64,000 nucleotides of DNA, taken from the NCBI GenBank assembly GCA_030591685.1, contig JAUVAX010000002.1:62001-126000 (forward strand), given 5' to 3'. A program made the translations under genes and the position numbers. The notes beneath the pieces were generated by a model. The model did not search any database and was not told the origin of the DNA. It saw only the letters and a list, made by a program, of their open reading frames with translations. Each line of letters begins with the position of its first letter. Positions within the stretch are counted from its first letter, which is position 1. This document shows positions 29,422-40,246 of this stretch, one piece after another. The DNA is from Pseudobdellovibrionaceae bacterium (GTDB lineage Bacteria; Bdellovibrionota; Bdellovibrionia; Bdellovibrionales; UBA1609).

Positions 29422-30336
29422 ATGAAAATGCAAAGTGGAGTATATTTATTTATCTTAGGAGCAACATTAGTTTTATTTCAGAATTGTAGCCAGTCATCAT
29501 CACCTGAGAGTAGTGATGCCACATCATTAACTGATGAAATAAATAACAGTATATTAGTAGACGCCCAGCCGGCCCCAGATGATACGCCGGGCGCGACTCA
29601 GAGTGAACTTGATAAAAACATATATGATTCGAATTCACAGTTTTACACAACAACCTTTAATAATTTAGAGGCCTTTTTGCAGGTAGATATGAATTATTGT
29701 TATGACAATCAAAACATCGTAAGTACCTGCATCACTCGGAGCTTTGGTTTTATTGCAAGGCCTCAGTTTTATGATCGATCAACAGCTGCTGATAATCAGC
29801 ATTTAAGAGGTTTTAATGATGCAGCCGTTAAGCCATGGGATGTTATGGAGAATAGCACAGGTACTGGCTCATTATTTTTTAATTCAGCAGGCAGGGGTCT
29901 AGAAATTGATATGAACCGAAACTTTCCTGTTAAATTTTTAGTGGCCGGTGCAGATAACTCTATAGAGTTTAAGGTGTCTTTTAACCCGGAATTTGTAGTC
30001 AATGTAGAGTGGCAAATGTACTCTTTAAATTGTTTAGGTAGCAGTGATTTTACTGAAGCGAATGAGGCCGGAACTGCAGGGTTAGACGGTAACGGCCTCG
30101 TCTATGAGAGTTTACTAGATCCCTATAATAATGATGATAAATGTTTTAGAATAACTCATATTGGTGCCTATAAAGATTCAGACAATAATTATAAACTTGT
30201 TATTAAGTCCCCTCCGGTAGGGTTTCAGGGAGTTCTTTGGTATCGCTTAATCTTGAGCGATGAGTATGCCGCAGGGGTGGGTTTCAATGCCTATAGCTCA
30301 ATTAAGGATGAAATTGTATATGTGTACTCACAATAA
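29422..30336 (+). CDS. Lipoprotein with FQNC-type lipobox, unknown function
   Basis: MKMQSGVYLFILGATLVLFQNC; GAGGGG RBS; ORF track starts at 29404. Confidence 0.7.
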   Translation: MKMQSGVYLFILGATLVLFQNCSQSSSPESSDATSLTDEINNSILVDAQPAPDDTPGATQSELDKNIYDSNSQFYTTTFNNLEAFLQVDMNYCYDNQNIVSTCITRSFGFIARPQFYDRSTAADNQHLRGFNDAAVKPWDVMENSTGTGSLFFNSAGRGLEIDMNRNFPVKFLVAGADNSIEFKVSFNPEFVVNVEWQMYSLNCLGSSDFTEANEAGTAGLDGNGLVYESLLDPYNNDDKCFRITHIGAYKDSDNNYKLVIKSPPVGFQGVLWYRLILSDEYAAGVGFNAYSSIKDEIVYVYSQ

Positions 30337-30512
30337 AGAAGCAAAAATAACAAATATTTATAGTTTCAATTACCAATTTTGTTTTAAAGTTACACGGCTC
30401 TTTTTCTAAATTGGTCCTAATTAGGGTTTTAAAATATTCTATAAAAAATAATAAATTGATATGTTTATGGAATAGTTATATTCTCAACTGAACATGAGCC
30501 TGGAGGCTAATC

Positions 30513-30800
30513 ATGAAAGGACTTTCAAAGCTCATCATACTAATTCTCATAAGTATTGGTACGGGGTATTTAACGGGTAAATACATTGTTCAGCCTAATA
30601 ACACTGTTTTTTTAGTTCTTTTTTTAGCGACACTCTTTTTGGCGCTGCCCTTGATGTGTGAACTTTTATATAAAGTACTGACGACAAATAAGAGTGAAAA
30701 AAACAAAATAGTACTTTCTAAATTTACAGGGTATACATTTTTATTTTCACTAATAATATTTTTCGGAACATTCGGATGTCTTTACGCTTTGTCGAACTAA
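30513..30800 (+). CDS. Small 3-TM membrane protein
   Basis: GGAGG RBS; three hydrophobic segments. Confidence 0.6.
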   Translation: MKGLSKLIILILISIGTGYLTGKYIVQPNNTVFLVLFLATLFLALPLMCELLYKVLTTNKSEKNKIVLSKFTGYTFLFSLIIFFGTFGCLYALSN

Positions 30801-30918
30801 TACCTTGAGCATGGACAGGTGCTTTTATAAGTATGACATAAGAAATTTATGACTTAGAGTCTCTATCCTTTTTTTGTATACGATTTGAACCATCGCTTTT
30901 TTACATAAATTAACAGAA

Positions 30919-32025
30919 TTACTTTTGTAAATTTGGACCAGTTAAGATTTTATAATATTCTATAAAAAATAATAAAAAAGACAAACACCACAGAACTCCA
31001 GAGGTTTGCAGCAGAGTTAGGTAAAAACCAGGCACAAAAATTGGTAAAAAAGATCGAACGATAACTGCAATATTTAGTAAAACATAACTAAATACCATTA
31101 GTGAACTGGCTTTAAGTGGCCTGCCAGTGTGCCCAAGGCTTACCCTGGTCATCATACCGAACATTACAATACCAAGCGCTCCCATAGTAAAGTAATGAGT
31201 GCTTAATGCGGGTAAGAGCTTTAAAAATGGGTTTAATGCAGTGCTGAGATACCCTATTATCAACCATAAATACCCCATATATAAAACAGCGAGTATTGGC
31301 TTTTTAAATGCACTCAAGGGGTGCCAGCGGGACCAGCGAACACATTGTAATACAAACATTAAGGCCGCTAAAAGAGGTCGTACTAATTGTATGTCGACAA
31401 GGGAGCTTAATACAAACGCGACAAAGCACACCCCTGTTGATACCTCTAACCATTTAAGGCTGCCTACTGAAGGCACCTGAAGGGCTTTTGCTCTAAAAAA
31501 GGGTATAACTCGCCCTGAAATTAAAAGAACAAATCCGACTAAGGTATCAACAGCCATTGTCCTGCCCAGTAAAGGGTCATAAAAATGAATAATAAGATCA
31601 CTAATATATAAGGCGAGTAGCATAAACAATATTTTTTTATTTCTAGGTTTTTCTTTTATCCATAAGGTGGGGATGAGAAACCAAATAAGTGCGGGGATAG
31701 TTATTAGGTCATATACGTTAGCGCCGCCTATAAAAATAAAAATTCGACCCAAAACCCATATTAAAATAAGGGCAAAAAGTTTTCTACCATGAACCCCTCT
31801 GACGCCTGACCAATTTTGACTAGCGGTGAGTAAAAAGCCCATAAGAACGGCTAATGAAAACCCAAAGATCATCTCATGAGCATGCCAAGTCACGGGGTCT
31901 AAGGTGCTCGGTAGCTGTAAGTAGCCAGAATAGCTAATAACCCAAACGCCAATAGCTGCCGTAGAGAAAAGTGCCGCGAGTAAAAAAAAGGGTCGAAACC
32001 CAAGATGTAAGAGGTGCTGTTTCAT
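30919..32025 (-). CDS. nnrS: NnrS family nitric-oxide response membrane protein
   Basis: GFRPFFL, WHAHEMIFGF, GFLLTASQNW, MMTRVSLGHTGRPL. Confidence 0.95.
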   Translation of the reverse strand: MKQHLLHLGFRPFFLLAALFSTAAIGVWVISYSGYLQLPSTLDPVTWHAHEMIFGFSLAVLMGFLLTASQNWSGVRGVHGRKLFALILIWVLGRIFIFIGGANVYDLITIPALIWFLIPTLWIKEKPRNKKILFMLLALYISDLIIHFYDPLLGRTMAVDTLVGFVLLISGRVIPFFRAKALQVPSVGSLKWLEVSTGVCFVAFVLSSLVDIQLVRPLLAALMFVLQCVRWSRWHPLSAFKKPILAVLYMGYLWLIIGYLSTALNPFLKLLPALSTHYFTMGALGIVMFGMMTRVSLGHTGRPLKASSLMVFSYVLLNIAVIVRSFLPIFVPGFYLTLLQTSGVLWCLSFLLFFIEYYKILTGPNLQK

Positions 32026-32301
32026 TATTACTCTCCGTTAAAAAAAATGTTTGACCTGCTATTGGCCGAACCATTAAGTTGAGTTAATCAAAAGAAATAT
32101 GATCCCTAGAAGACACGGCTATCTAACAGCCGTTGTAGGGTGAACGGCGTGCCAAGCGCATGGTTAACTTTAATTTTTTCACATAAATATAAGTAATATC
32201 AAAAGTATTTTTATCAATGTACTCCTCTGTAATTATCGGTGGATGAAAAGAATCAAACTTCATGCTGACCCCAAAAGGCTAGCACTATCGAGAGGGACAA
32301 T

Positions 32302-32556
32302 TTATTTAATAAAAAGCCACTTACCATCCACTTTTGAGAGATAAATATTAACATGATTAACTCCCCATTTGTCTTTTAGCATCAGTGGGCTCATATTCTT
32401 TTTATTTACTATATTAATAATTTTCCCATTACCAACGATTTTGTATTTTAACCCCTCGGCGGACAACTTTAATACTTCTTTATCTTTTTCGATCAAGCTG
32501 AAGGTTTCTGAAAATTCAAAAGCTTTGATTAAGTTTGGAATATGATAGGATGTCAT
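32302..32556 (-). pseudogene. Short ORF, probably a C-terminal gene fragment
   Basis: No clear RBS; ends YLSKVDGKWLFIK like the last strand of a larger domain. Confidence 0.35.
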
Positions 32557-32572
32557 CGTTTCTTCTGCCGAT

Positions 32573-33025
32573 TCAGTTGCCTAGTTTTGTACAATTAAAG
32601 ACGATTACTTCTGCTACACCATCTTTGTACGTTCTCGATTCAAAACCTGTCCCAGTACTCAAATCAATTTCAATTCTTGTTTCTTTTGTTCTTGCGGCAT
32701 AACTATAATCATTTTTAACATATAGAAATTGTATTCCATTATCTATTACTAAATTTTGGAGCAATCCCTCTTCAGTGCTACCATAAACGACTCCCCCCGC
32801 TGAAGGACTCGGGTACTTTGTTCCTGTATGAAGCCGGTGGTTTCTACTAAACTCATCAGCAACTATACACATATCTTCACCCAAAGACTGCGGAGACTTG
32901 AAACCTGAAGAATAGCTACATCGATATCCATGGTTTAATCCAAATCTGTTTTGACAGAGGTCTCCAAGTGCGGCAACGGATGGCAGGGAACTTAAAAGTA
33001 TTAATCCAGACAATAATTTTTTCAT
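32573..33025 (-). CDS. Secreted hypothetical protein with four Cys
   Basis: MKKLLSGLILLSSLPSVAA signal peptide, GGAAGG RBS. Confidence 0.65.
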   Translation of the reverse strand: MKKLLSGLILLSSLPSVAALGDLCQNRFGLNHGYRCSYSSGFKSPQSLGEDMCIVADEFSRNHRLHTGTKYPSPSAGGVVYGSTEEGLLQNLVIDNGIQFLYVKNDYSYAARTKETRIEIDLSTGTGFESRTYKDGVAEVIVFNCTKLGN

Positions 33026-33337
33026 ATTTTTTCCTTCCATCGGTCATAATTGAAATGGTTTTCTGAAACCAGCTCATCATATATTCGACTACGCTCTAAT
33101 ACCTCTGCTCGCTTCAGTTAGCCAGATCAGCTCTAAAACAGTTAGTTAATAAAATTACGAAGTGCATTATATCACAGAAATGTGGGAAATAGTCATACCG
33201 TGAAAAAAGGTTATAGTGTTAGACACTTTTTTATCATTTCAGCGTGATATAAGAAACTTATAATTTAGAGTCGCTGTCACTTTTTTTAGTCCCTTTTTTT
33301 CTATGTGAAAATGACAAAGCCCCTAAGGGCCTTATGC

Positions 33338-33872
33338 TTACCTAAAAATTCGATCCCATACCATTTTAAGTTGCTGCCACTGATTGATCACGCGGGATTT
33401 ATCGGAAGCCAAAAACTTTTCGATTCGTTTATCCATTTTTCCATAACGATAAACGCTTAAGTCAGAACCCATAAAGCCAAAAGTCTCCTGCATGTGATCA
33501 GTGTGCTTTGTTAAATCGTCCACAAAGATAATAGCCTTGTATCGCTGCCCCAGTCTTTCGAGTAAATCTTTCAGCATTAATCCTTTGTGTTGCCCAGCTG
33601 TCATATAAACCCCTCTTTGAAAGCTCACTTGGCGTTGTTTGCCATACTGAGGAACATAAAGACCGGGAAACCCGGAAGGAGTGTTGTAATCTAAGTGGAT
33701 TTTATTATTCATTAATACCCGCTCAGTGGTGCTACGCATCTGCGGCCCACGTGAGGTTAATGCTATAACCGGTAGACCTAAGAGTTGCAGTTTGTAGACC
33801 TCCATGGGGACAAAAGCCTCTGGCGGATGCATGTTAGCCATGCTAAACAGCACATTCTCAATTTCATAAAAC
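33338..33872 (-). pseudogene. 5'-truncated DUF2608/HAD-like protein
   Basis: HAD motif II (IALTSR) and motifs III-IV (HKG...IIFVDD) present; motif I and signal peptide missing. Confidence 0.7.
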
Positions 33873-34058
33873 TTTATCATTCAGGGCTTAGGCGTGGGTT
33901 TTGTGCCTGATTACCTCATCAGAAAAGAGCTTAAGTCCGGAGACCTCAGAATTATAGACAAAAAAAATTATTCTATTCCTTATGAGATTATTCTGATCAC
34001 CCCAAAGGGTAAATATATTTCGTCAAAAGTTAAGGCGGCTATTGCGGCGTTTGTTTAA
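33870..34058 (+). pseudogene. 5'-truncated LysR-type regulator (last ~60 aa of the substrate-binding domain); not in the ORF track
   Basis: Translates NFIIQGLGVGFVPDYLIRKELKSGDLRII...SSKVKAAIAAFV*; in-frame TAA immediately upstream, no start codon. Confidence 0.75.
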
Positions 34059-34247
34059 GAGGGGTTCTTCCCGGTTCATGGTGAAGTGCTAAGTGTCATT
34101 TGGTGCCCGCCAAGCGATAATGGTTGAACCAAGTACAACGAGCAAGGAATATTCGGTAGTTTGGAGACGACCTAGAATTGACCTTGATAAAAAAAGGACG
34201 GAGACCGATTTGCTGTCTCAAGCCCTCCAATGATTATCTAAAATATT

Positions 34248-35027
34248 TTATGAGGACTTGCTCAGTGAATCTGATTTTTTCTCAGCAGATTTGGCCATAG
34301 CAAAGATAGTTTGGTAGGGCAAAATCAATGAGCTTTGGATTGAATCTCTAGAGAGCTGAAGGTGCATGATAATATCACTAGGGGCAAAAAAGATTCCAAC
34401 ATCCTCCTTTTCAATAAGTTGAGGTGGGTTTCCATCAAATATACCCCAACACTTATTAGCTGCTTTACAGAAGTTAGCCATGAGGGTTTCTAACTCCTCT
34501 TTATCGTCCTTTCGTTGTCCAAGGAGAAGGTAAAATGCTGACTGATATATCATCTCGCCAATCATTGAGAACTCAATATCTATATGCTCTTGTAACTCTG
34601 AAAAACGAAAATAATCAAAGCTTGTATTTTGGAAGCCCATACTTTCAAGCTCATCAACAACGTTGACCATCTGGGGGACTGAATGTGCCACACGGTTCTC
34701 ATAGTAGGGGTGTTTCTTTCCGGTTAAACGTTCTCTGAGATCTTGAAGAGATTTTTGTTTCATCAAATAAAGTTCTCGTTCTCGCTGAAAAACTTGTTCA
34801 ATAACAGGCTCTGCATGCTCGGGATTATCTACCAATGTCTTGATTTCTTTGAGAGTGAGGCCCAGCCGTTGCCATTCGCAAACTTTGAGAACTTGTTCTT
34901 GGTGCTCAGAGTTATAAGCTCGATACTTGTTATCATTACGAGCTGGCTCTAGGAGAGCCTGTTGCTCAAAATAACGTAACATTCGAGGACTAACTCCTGT
35001 CTTTTTACTCAGTTCAGAAATATTCAT
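34248..35027 (-). CDS. MerR family transcriptional regulator with unusual C-terminal domain
   Basis: MNISELSKKTGVSPRMLRYFEQQALL...YRAY...LGLTLKEIK. Confidence 0.9.
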   Translation of the reverse strand: MNISELSKKTGVSPRMLRYFEQQALLEPARNDNKYRAYNSEHQEQVLKVCEWQRLGLTLKEIKTLVDNPEHAEPVIEQVFQRERELYLMKQKSLQDLRERLTGKKHPYYENRVAHSVPQMVNVVDELESMGFQNTSFDYFRFSELQEHIDIEFSMIGEMIYQSAFYLLLGQRKDDKEELETLMANFCKAANKCWGIFDGNPPQLIEKEDVGIFFAPSDIIMHLQLSRDSIQSSLILPYQTIFAMAKSAEKKSDSLSKSS

Positions 35028-35047
35028 ATGTCCCCCTTTTCCATCTT

Positions 35048-35078
35048 AGTATCAGGGTTGACATATTGTTAAGGTCAA
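35048..35078 (-). promoter_or_regulatory. MerR-type promoter/operator with 19-bp spacer
   Basis: TTGACC-N19-GATACT with a TTGAC...GTCAA inverted repeat (35058-35078). Confidence 0.7.
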
Positions 35079-35151
35079 TAGGGGCATCTAAGAAAATATT
35101 ATTGCTCGACTTTGGTGTATCGGTTCAAGAACGACCGATAAGGGTATCAAT

Positions 35152-35238
35152 TGGTGCGCCAGAGAGGACTTGAACCTCCACGTCCTTGCGAACACCAGCA
35201 CCTCAAGCTGGCCTGTCTACCAATTTCAGCACTGGCGC
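35152..35238 (-). tRNA. tRNA-Leu(GAG)
   Basis: GCGCCAG acceptor, CCAGC-TT-GAG-GT-GCTGG anticodon arm, long variable arm, GGTTCAAGTCC T-loop, encoded CCA. Confidence 0.96.
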
Positions 35239-35342
35239 ATAATACTTAACTCAAATGAGCGAGGCGAAGAATAGGCATTAATTTAATGTCCAGAGGGCTG
35301 TAGTGTCAATTTAAAATCAGCACTAGAGTCTGAAGCTTCAGT

Positions 35343-35375
35343 AAAAAAGGCGCTTTTATTTTTTAAAGCGCCTTT
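35343..35375. terminator. Rho-independent terminator for the 35391-35720 gene
   Basis: AAAGGCGCTTT...AAAGCGCCTTT inverted repeat with an A-run on the left side. Confidence 0.75.
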
Positions 35376-35390
35376 AGCACGATTAATTAA

Positions 35391-35720
35391 TTAATTAATT
35401 TTAACTTGGACTGTTGCCTGCGGTTTTTTATGTTCAGGGCTCCAGATTTGGACCTCGGCTCTTCCGCTGCGGGTTCTAATGACCTGGCAAAAGTGGCCGG
35501 TTTGGCTGGGTAAAGTGACGTACTTGCCAGGGTTTCTGTCAGGGTCTGACGTGATAACAATTTTATCATGGTGCCCGGGCTCGCCCTTAATAACCCCACA
35601 GAGTTCTGCGGCTTCGTTTTTTAAGTTGTCGCTGACGCGAACAAAGCTTGAGATTTCAATGGATTTTGCATGTAAGCTAAGGCTTGTTAGTAAGCCTAGA
35701 ATTATTAATGTAGTTTTCAT
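35391..35720 (-). CDS. Small secreted hypothetical protein
   Basis: MKTTLIILGLLTSLSLHA signal peptide, GGGAG RBS, two Cys. Confidence 0.7.
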   Translation of the reverse strand: MKTTLIILGLLTSLSLHAKSIEISSFVRVSDNLKNEAAELCGVIKGEPGHHDKIVITSDPDRNPGKYVTLPSQTGHFCQVIRTRSGRAEVQIWSPEHKKPQATVQVKIN

Positions 35721-35819
35721 AGTATCTCCCTTTTTTTAATATGCTAGGCTGTTGTAGTGCTTACAGCCAAGAGATTCTTTAATGACTTTATGCATCGCCA
35801 TGAGGTAAGTCTCTAGCCT

Positions 35820-36836
35820 ATGAACCTAACAGACTTAGATTACCCCTACCCCAAGTCACTCATTGCCACAGAACCGCAAACCCAGTTTCGGACCCTTTTG
35901 TCCTCAAAAGACCAAGTGGGTGAGCTGAGTCAGCAAGAGATTTTTGAGCTCTTTAGGCCTGGAGATGCCCTTGTTATTAACGACACCCGTGTTTTAAAAA
36001 GGCGCACCTTTACGGAGAGCGGCATAGAGGTGTTGTTTTTAAATCAACTGGAGGGCAACAAGTGGGAGGTGCTCTTCCCTGCCAGAAAGCTTAAATTGGG
36101 GCAAACCCTTTGCTTGCCCGGTGGGGTTACTATGACCCTTGAAAAAAAGGGCCTTCCTCAAACAGTCTCAGTTAATCGACCCATAGATGAGGCCTACTTT
36201 GAAGAGCACGCAGAGCTAGCCTTGCCCCCGTACATTCAAGCCGCGCGGGACTCTAGACATAATATAAAAAGCGACGACCACTGGTATCAAACAGCCTGGG
36301 CCAAGCATAAGGGGAGTTTTGCGGCCCCTACGGCAAGTTTACATTTTTCAAATGATGATTTAGAGCAGTTAAAAAAAAGGGGCGTATTAGTTTTGCCCAT
36401 AACACTCCACGTGGGGTTGGGTACGTTTTTGCCCATTAAGGCTAGTGACCTCTCAGACCACATAATGCACAGCGAGTGGTGCTCAATACCAGCAAACACA
36501 GTACTTGAGCTAAATAAGGTAACTCATGGTAAACATAGGGTTTTTGCCCTTGGGACCACTGTGGCGAGGGCGCTCGAGAGTTGGGCTCATGGTTATTTAA
36601 AGTCCTCTGACAGTGGCGATATTTGTGGTGAGACTGATGTTTTCATCCAACCGGGCTTTGAGTTTAAATGTGTAGATGTATTGATGACTAACTTTCACCA
36701 GCCTCAGTCGACACTTTTAGCTTTAGTGGCGGCCTTTTCTGGGTTAGACACTGTAACTGCTGCGTATAAATGGGCAATTGATAAAGGTTTTAAATTGTTC
36801 TCATACGGTGATTTTTCAATATGGAGGAGGGGCTAA
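35820..36836 (+). CDS. queA: S-adenosylmethionine:tRNA ribosyltransferase-isomerase
   Basis: LPPYI, AAPTASLHF, TLHVGLGTF, TNFHQPQSTL, FSYGD. Confidence 0.96.
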   Translation: MNLTDLDYPYPKSLIATEPQTQFRTLLSSKDQVGELSQQEIFELFRPGDALVINDTRVLKRRTFTESGIEVLFLNQLEGNKWEVLFPARKLKLGQTLCLPGGVTMTLEKKGLPQTVSVNRPIDEAYFEEHAELALPPYIQAARDSRHNIKSDDHWYQTAWAKHKGSFAAPTASLHFSNDDLEQLKKRGVLVLPITLHVGLGTFLPIKASDLSDHIMHSEWCSIPANTVLELNKVTHGKHRVFALGTTVARALESWAHGYLKSSDSGDICGETDVFIQPGFEFKCVDVLMTNFHQPQSTLLALVAAFSGLDTVTAAYKWAIDKGFKLFSYGDFSIWRRG

Positions 36837-36875
36837 TAGGGGCTGGAGTGATTCAGTTATTGTAACCTTAAGTAA

Positions 36876-38060
<1,185 letters not shown>

Positions 38061-38215
38061 AAATTAGATAAAACTAACGCCCTAAATATGTATTTTATAA
38101 GCATAGTATAGATAAATTTAAATCTAAGTGATGTTGTAAAGCGTTCTGAGTTGTTTCTACCGTGTTTTTGTGTCATCAACGAGTAGCTAAAACTATAAAA
38201 TATTAAAGGAGCCTT

Positions 38216-38545
38216 TTGATGTTATTCACAAGTACCGTTGCCCATGCTGAGTCGTCTGGAGCTAAATCGCCACAACCAGGTTTTATGGACATGATGCCTA
38301 TGTTTGTGATGCTTATATTTATTATGTATTTTTTGGTCATTCGACCTCAAAGCAAAAAAATGAAAGCTCACCAAAGTTTTGTGACAGCATTAAAAAAAGG
38401 TGATTCTGTTTTGACAACCGGTGGTATTTTAGGAACCATAGCAGGTCTAACCGATCAATATATAACCCTTGAGGTTAATGATGGGTTTAAACTTCGCGTA
38501 TTAAGAACTCACATTGCCAGCAGCAGCAAAGAGGAGCAAAAATGA
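38216..38545 (+). CDS. yajC: Preprotein translocase subunit YajC
   Basis: MYFLVIRPQ, LKKGDSVLTTGGI. Confidence 0.95.
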   Translation: MMLFTSTVAHAESSGAKSPQPGFMDMMPMFVMLIFIMYFLVIRPQSKKMKAHQSFVTALKKGDSVLTTGGILGTIAGLTDQYITLEVNDGFKLRVLRTHIASSSKEEQK

Positions 38546-40245
38546 TTGAAAGCCTAAAAGCCAGAATAACAATCACACTGACCATACTATTTATCGCCGT
38601 CGTGTGGATGATGCCAAACCTCGTCGATTTTGGTGATAGCTGGTGGTTCTCTAAAGAAAAACTAAATTACGGTTTAGATATTAAGGGGGGGTTACATTTA
38701 GTTTTAAAAGTCGATGTAGACTCTGTTTTAGAAGAAAAAACCTTAAGGCAAGCCAAGTCTTTAAGTGCCGACATGAAAAAACAAGGTGTTAAGTTTGTAA
38801 GTGTAGAGCCTTCAAAAGAAAAAAACACAGAGTTTTATATTTTTGTTTCAAATGCTGATGACGTTAAAGACGTCTCAGGGTTTTTAGACAAAAACTATGG
38901 CACCGACCTACAAGTGTTAGACTCGACTAACGATAAAATTAGGGTGAGGTATTTAGACCTCGCCGTGGCTAAGTATACAAAACAAGTCATTGATCAAGCC
39001 ATTGAAGTCATCCGAAACCGTGTAGATGAGTTCGGTGTGGCTGAGCCAAGTATAACCGCACAGGGCTCAGATCGTATATTAGTTCAACTCCCCGGTATCG
39101 AAAACGCCGAGAGCGCAAAGGCTCTTATCCACAAAGCAGCTAAACTAGATTTCAGAATTGTTAATGATGAGTTTGAAGCCGAAAAACTACAAACCCTTAT
39201 TATTGAGGCCGAAACAAAGGGTAATTACACTTTGGGTAAAATAAAGTACTCAGCCTATGTTAAAAAATTAAATAACGACTTAAAGGGTAAAATCCCAAAA
39301 GGGTGGCAGGTTTCTTTTGAAAAGGTCCCTTCGGCGAAAACTCTTGAGGCGGGTAAAACTCCACTTTTAGTCAGCTCTGATGCTATGCTTACAGGTGATC
39401 TATTAGACGATGCCTTTGTGGGCGCTGGTGAGTACAACGAGCCAGAGGTTGTTTTTAGTTTCAACATGGAGGGGCGTCGTAGGTTTTCAGAGGCCACCGG
39501 TAAAAACATAAAAAAACGCATGGCCATTGTTTTAGATGACATTGTTAAATCAGCCCCTGTGATCCAGGGTAAAATTGACTCCCCCACAGCAAGGATCACT
39601 CTCGGTGCTGGTGGCAACTACCAAGAAACCATCGCCGAGGCTCAACTCATTGCCACGGCTTTACGGGCCGGAGCTTTACCCGCCCAGCTGGAGCAACTAG
39701 AAGAGAGAACAGTGGGCCCCACTCTAGGTGCCGACTCTATTGCTAAGGGTAAAAAAGCAGGGCTCATAGGCTCTATGTTAGTTTTGCTGTTTATGCTGTT
39801 GTACTACCGAAGACTTGGTATTGTGGCTGATATTGCTTTGTCCATGAACGTCTTATTAATACTTGCGGTATTAACATCTCTTAAAGCCACGCTGACTTTA
39901 CCTGGTGTGGCGGGTATTGTGTTAACAGTTGGTATGGCTGTTGATGCAAACGTTATTATTTTTGAGCGCATTAAAGAAGAGCTCATGAAGGGGGCCGGGT
40001 TAAAGTCTGCAATTAAAGACGGGTTCGGCCACGCCTTTTCGGCTATTTTTGATGCCAACGTCACAACAGCTGCTGTTTGTGCGGTACTTATGTACTTTGG
40101 CACAGGCCCAGTAAGAGGCTTTGCTGTTACACTTATTTGCGGTATCGCCACCTCAATGTTTACAGCCATCTTTGTTTCAAGGACGGTCATAGAGGTAATG
40201 GTTAATAAATTTAACATGAAAAAGCTTTTAAGCGTTAAAGGGTGA
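38542..40245 (+). CDS. secD: Protein translocase subunit SecD
   Basis: GLDIKGG, RVDEFGVAEP, GMAVDANVIIFERIKEE. Confidence 0.97.
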   Translation: MIESLKARITITLTILFIAVVWMMPNLVDFGDSWWFSKEKLNYGLDIKGGLHLVLKVDVDSVLEEKTLRQAKSLSADMKKQGVKFVSVEPSKEKNTEFYIFVSNADDVKDVSGFLDKNYGTDLQVLDSTNDKIRVRYLDLAVAKYTKQVIDQAIEVIRNRVDEFGVAEPSITAQGSDRILVQLPGIENAESAKALIHKAAKLDFRIVNDEFEAEKLQTLIIEAETKGNYTLGKIKYSAYVKKLNNDLKGKIPKGWQVSFEKVPSAKTLEAGKTPLLVSSDAMLTGDLLDDAFVGAGEYNEPEVVFSFNMEGRRRFSEATGKNIKKRMAIVLDDIVKSAPVIQGKIDSPTARITLGAGGNYQETIAEAQLIATALRAGALPAQLEQLEERTVGPTLGADSIAKGKKAGLIGSMLVLLFMLLYYRRLGIVADIALSMNVLLILAVLTSLKATLTLPGVAGIVLTVGMAVDANVIIFERIKEELMKGAGLKSAIKDGFGHAFSAIFDANVTTAAVCAVLMYFGTGPVRGFAVTLICGIATSMFTAIFVSRTVIEVMVNKFNMKKLLSVKG

Positions 40246-40246
40246 T

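Noticed and set aside
32079..32091. FNR/NnrR-like box upstream of nnrS (TTGAGTTAATCAA)
   Set aside because: One base shorter than TTGAT-N4-ATCAA; cannot be supported
32121..32170. Possible integron attC site (ATCTAAC...GCCGTT/AACGGC...GTTAACT)
   Set aside because: The right end does not match GTTRRRY or complement the left box; no integrase or repeated sites seen
34100..34113. TTGGTGCCCGCCA as an att duplication of the tRNA-Leu 3' end
   Set aside because: Match is too short and gapped to distinguish from chance
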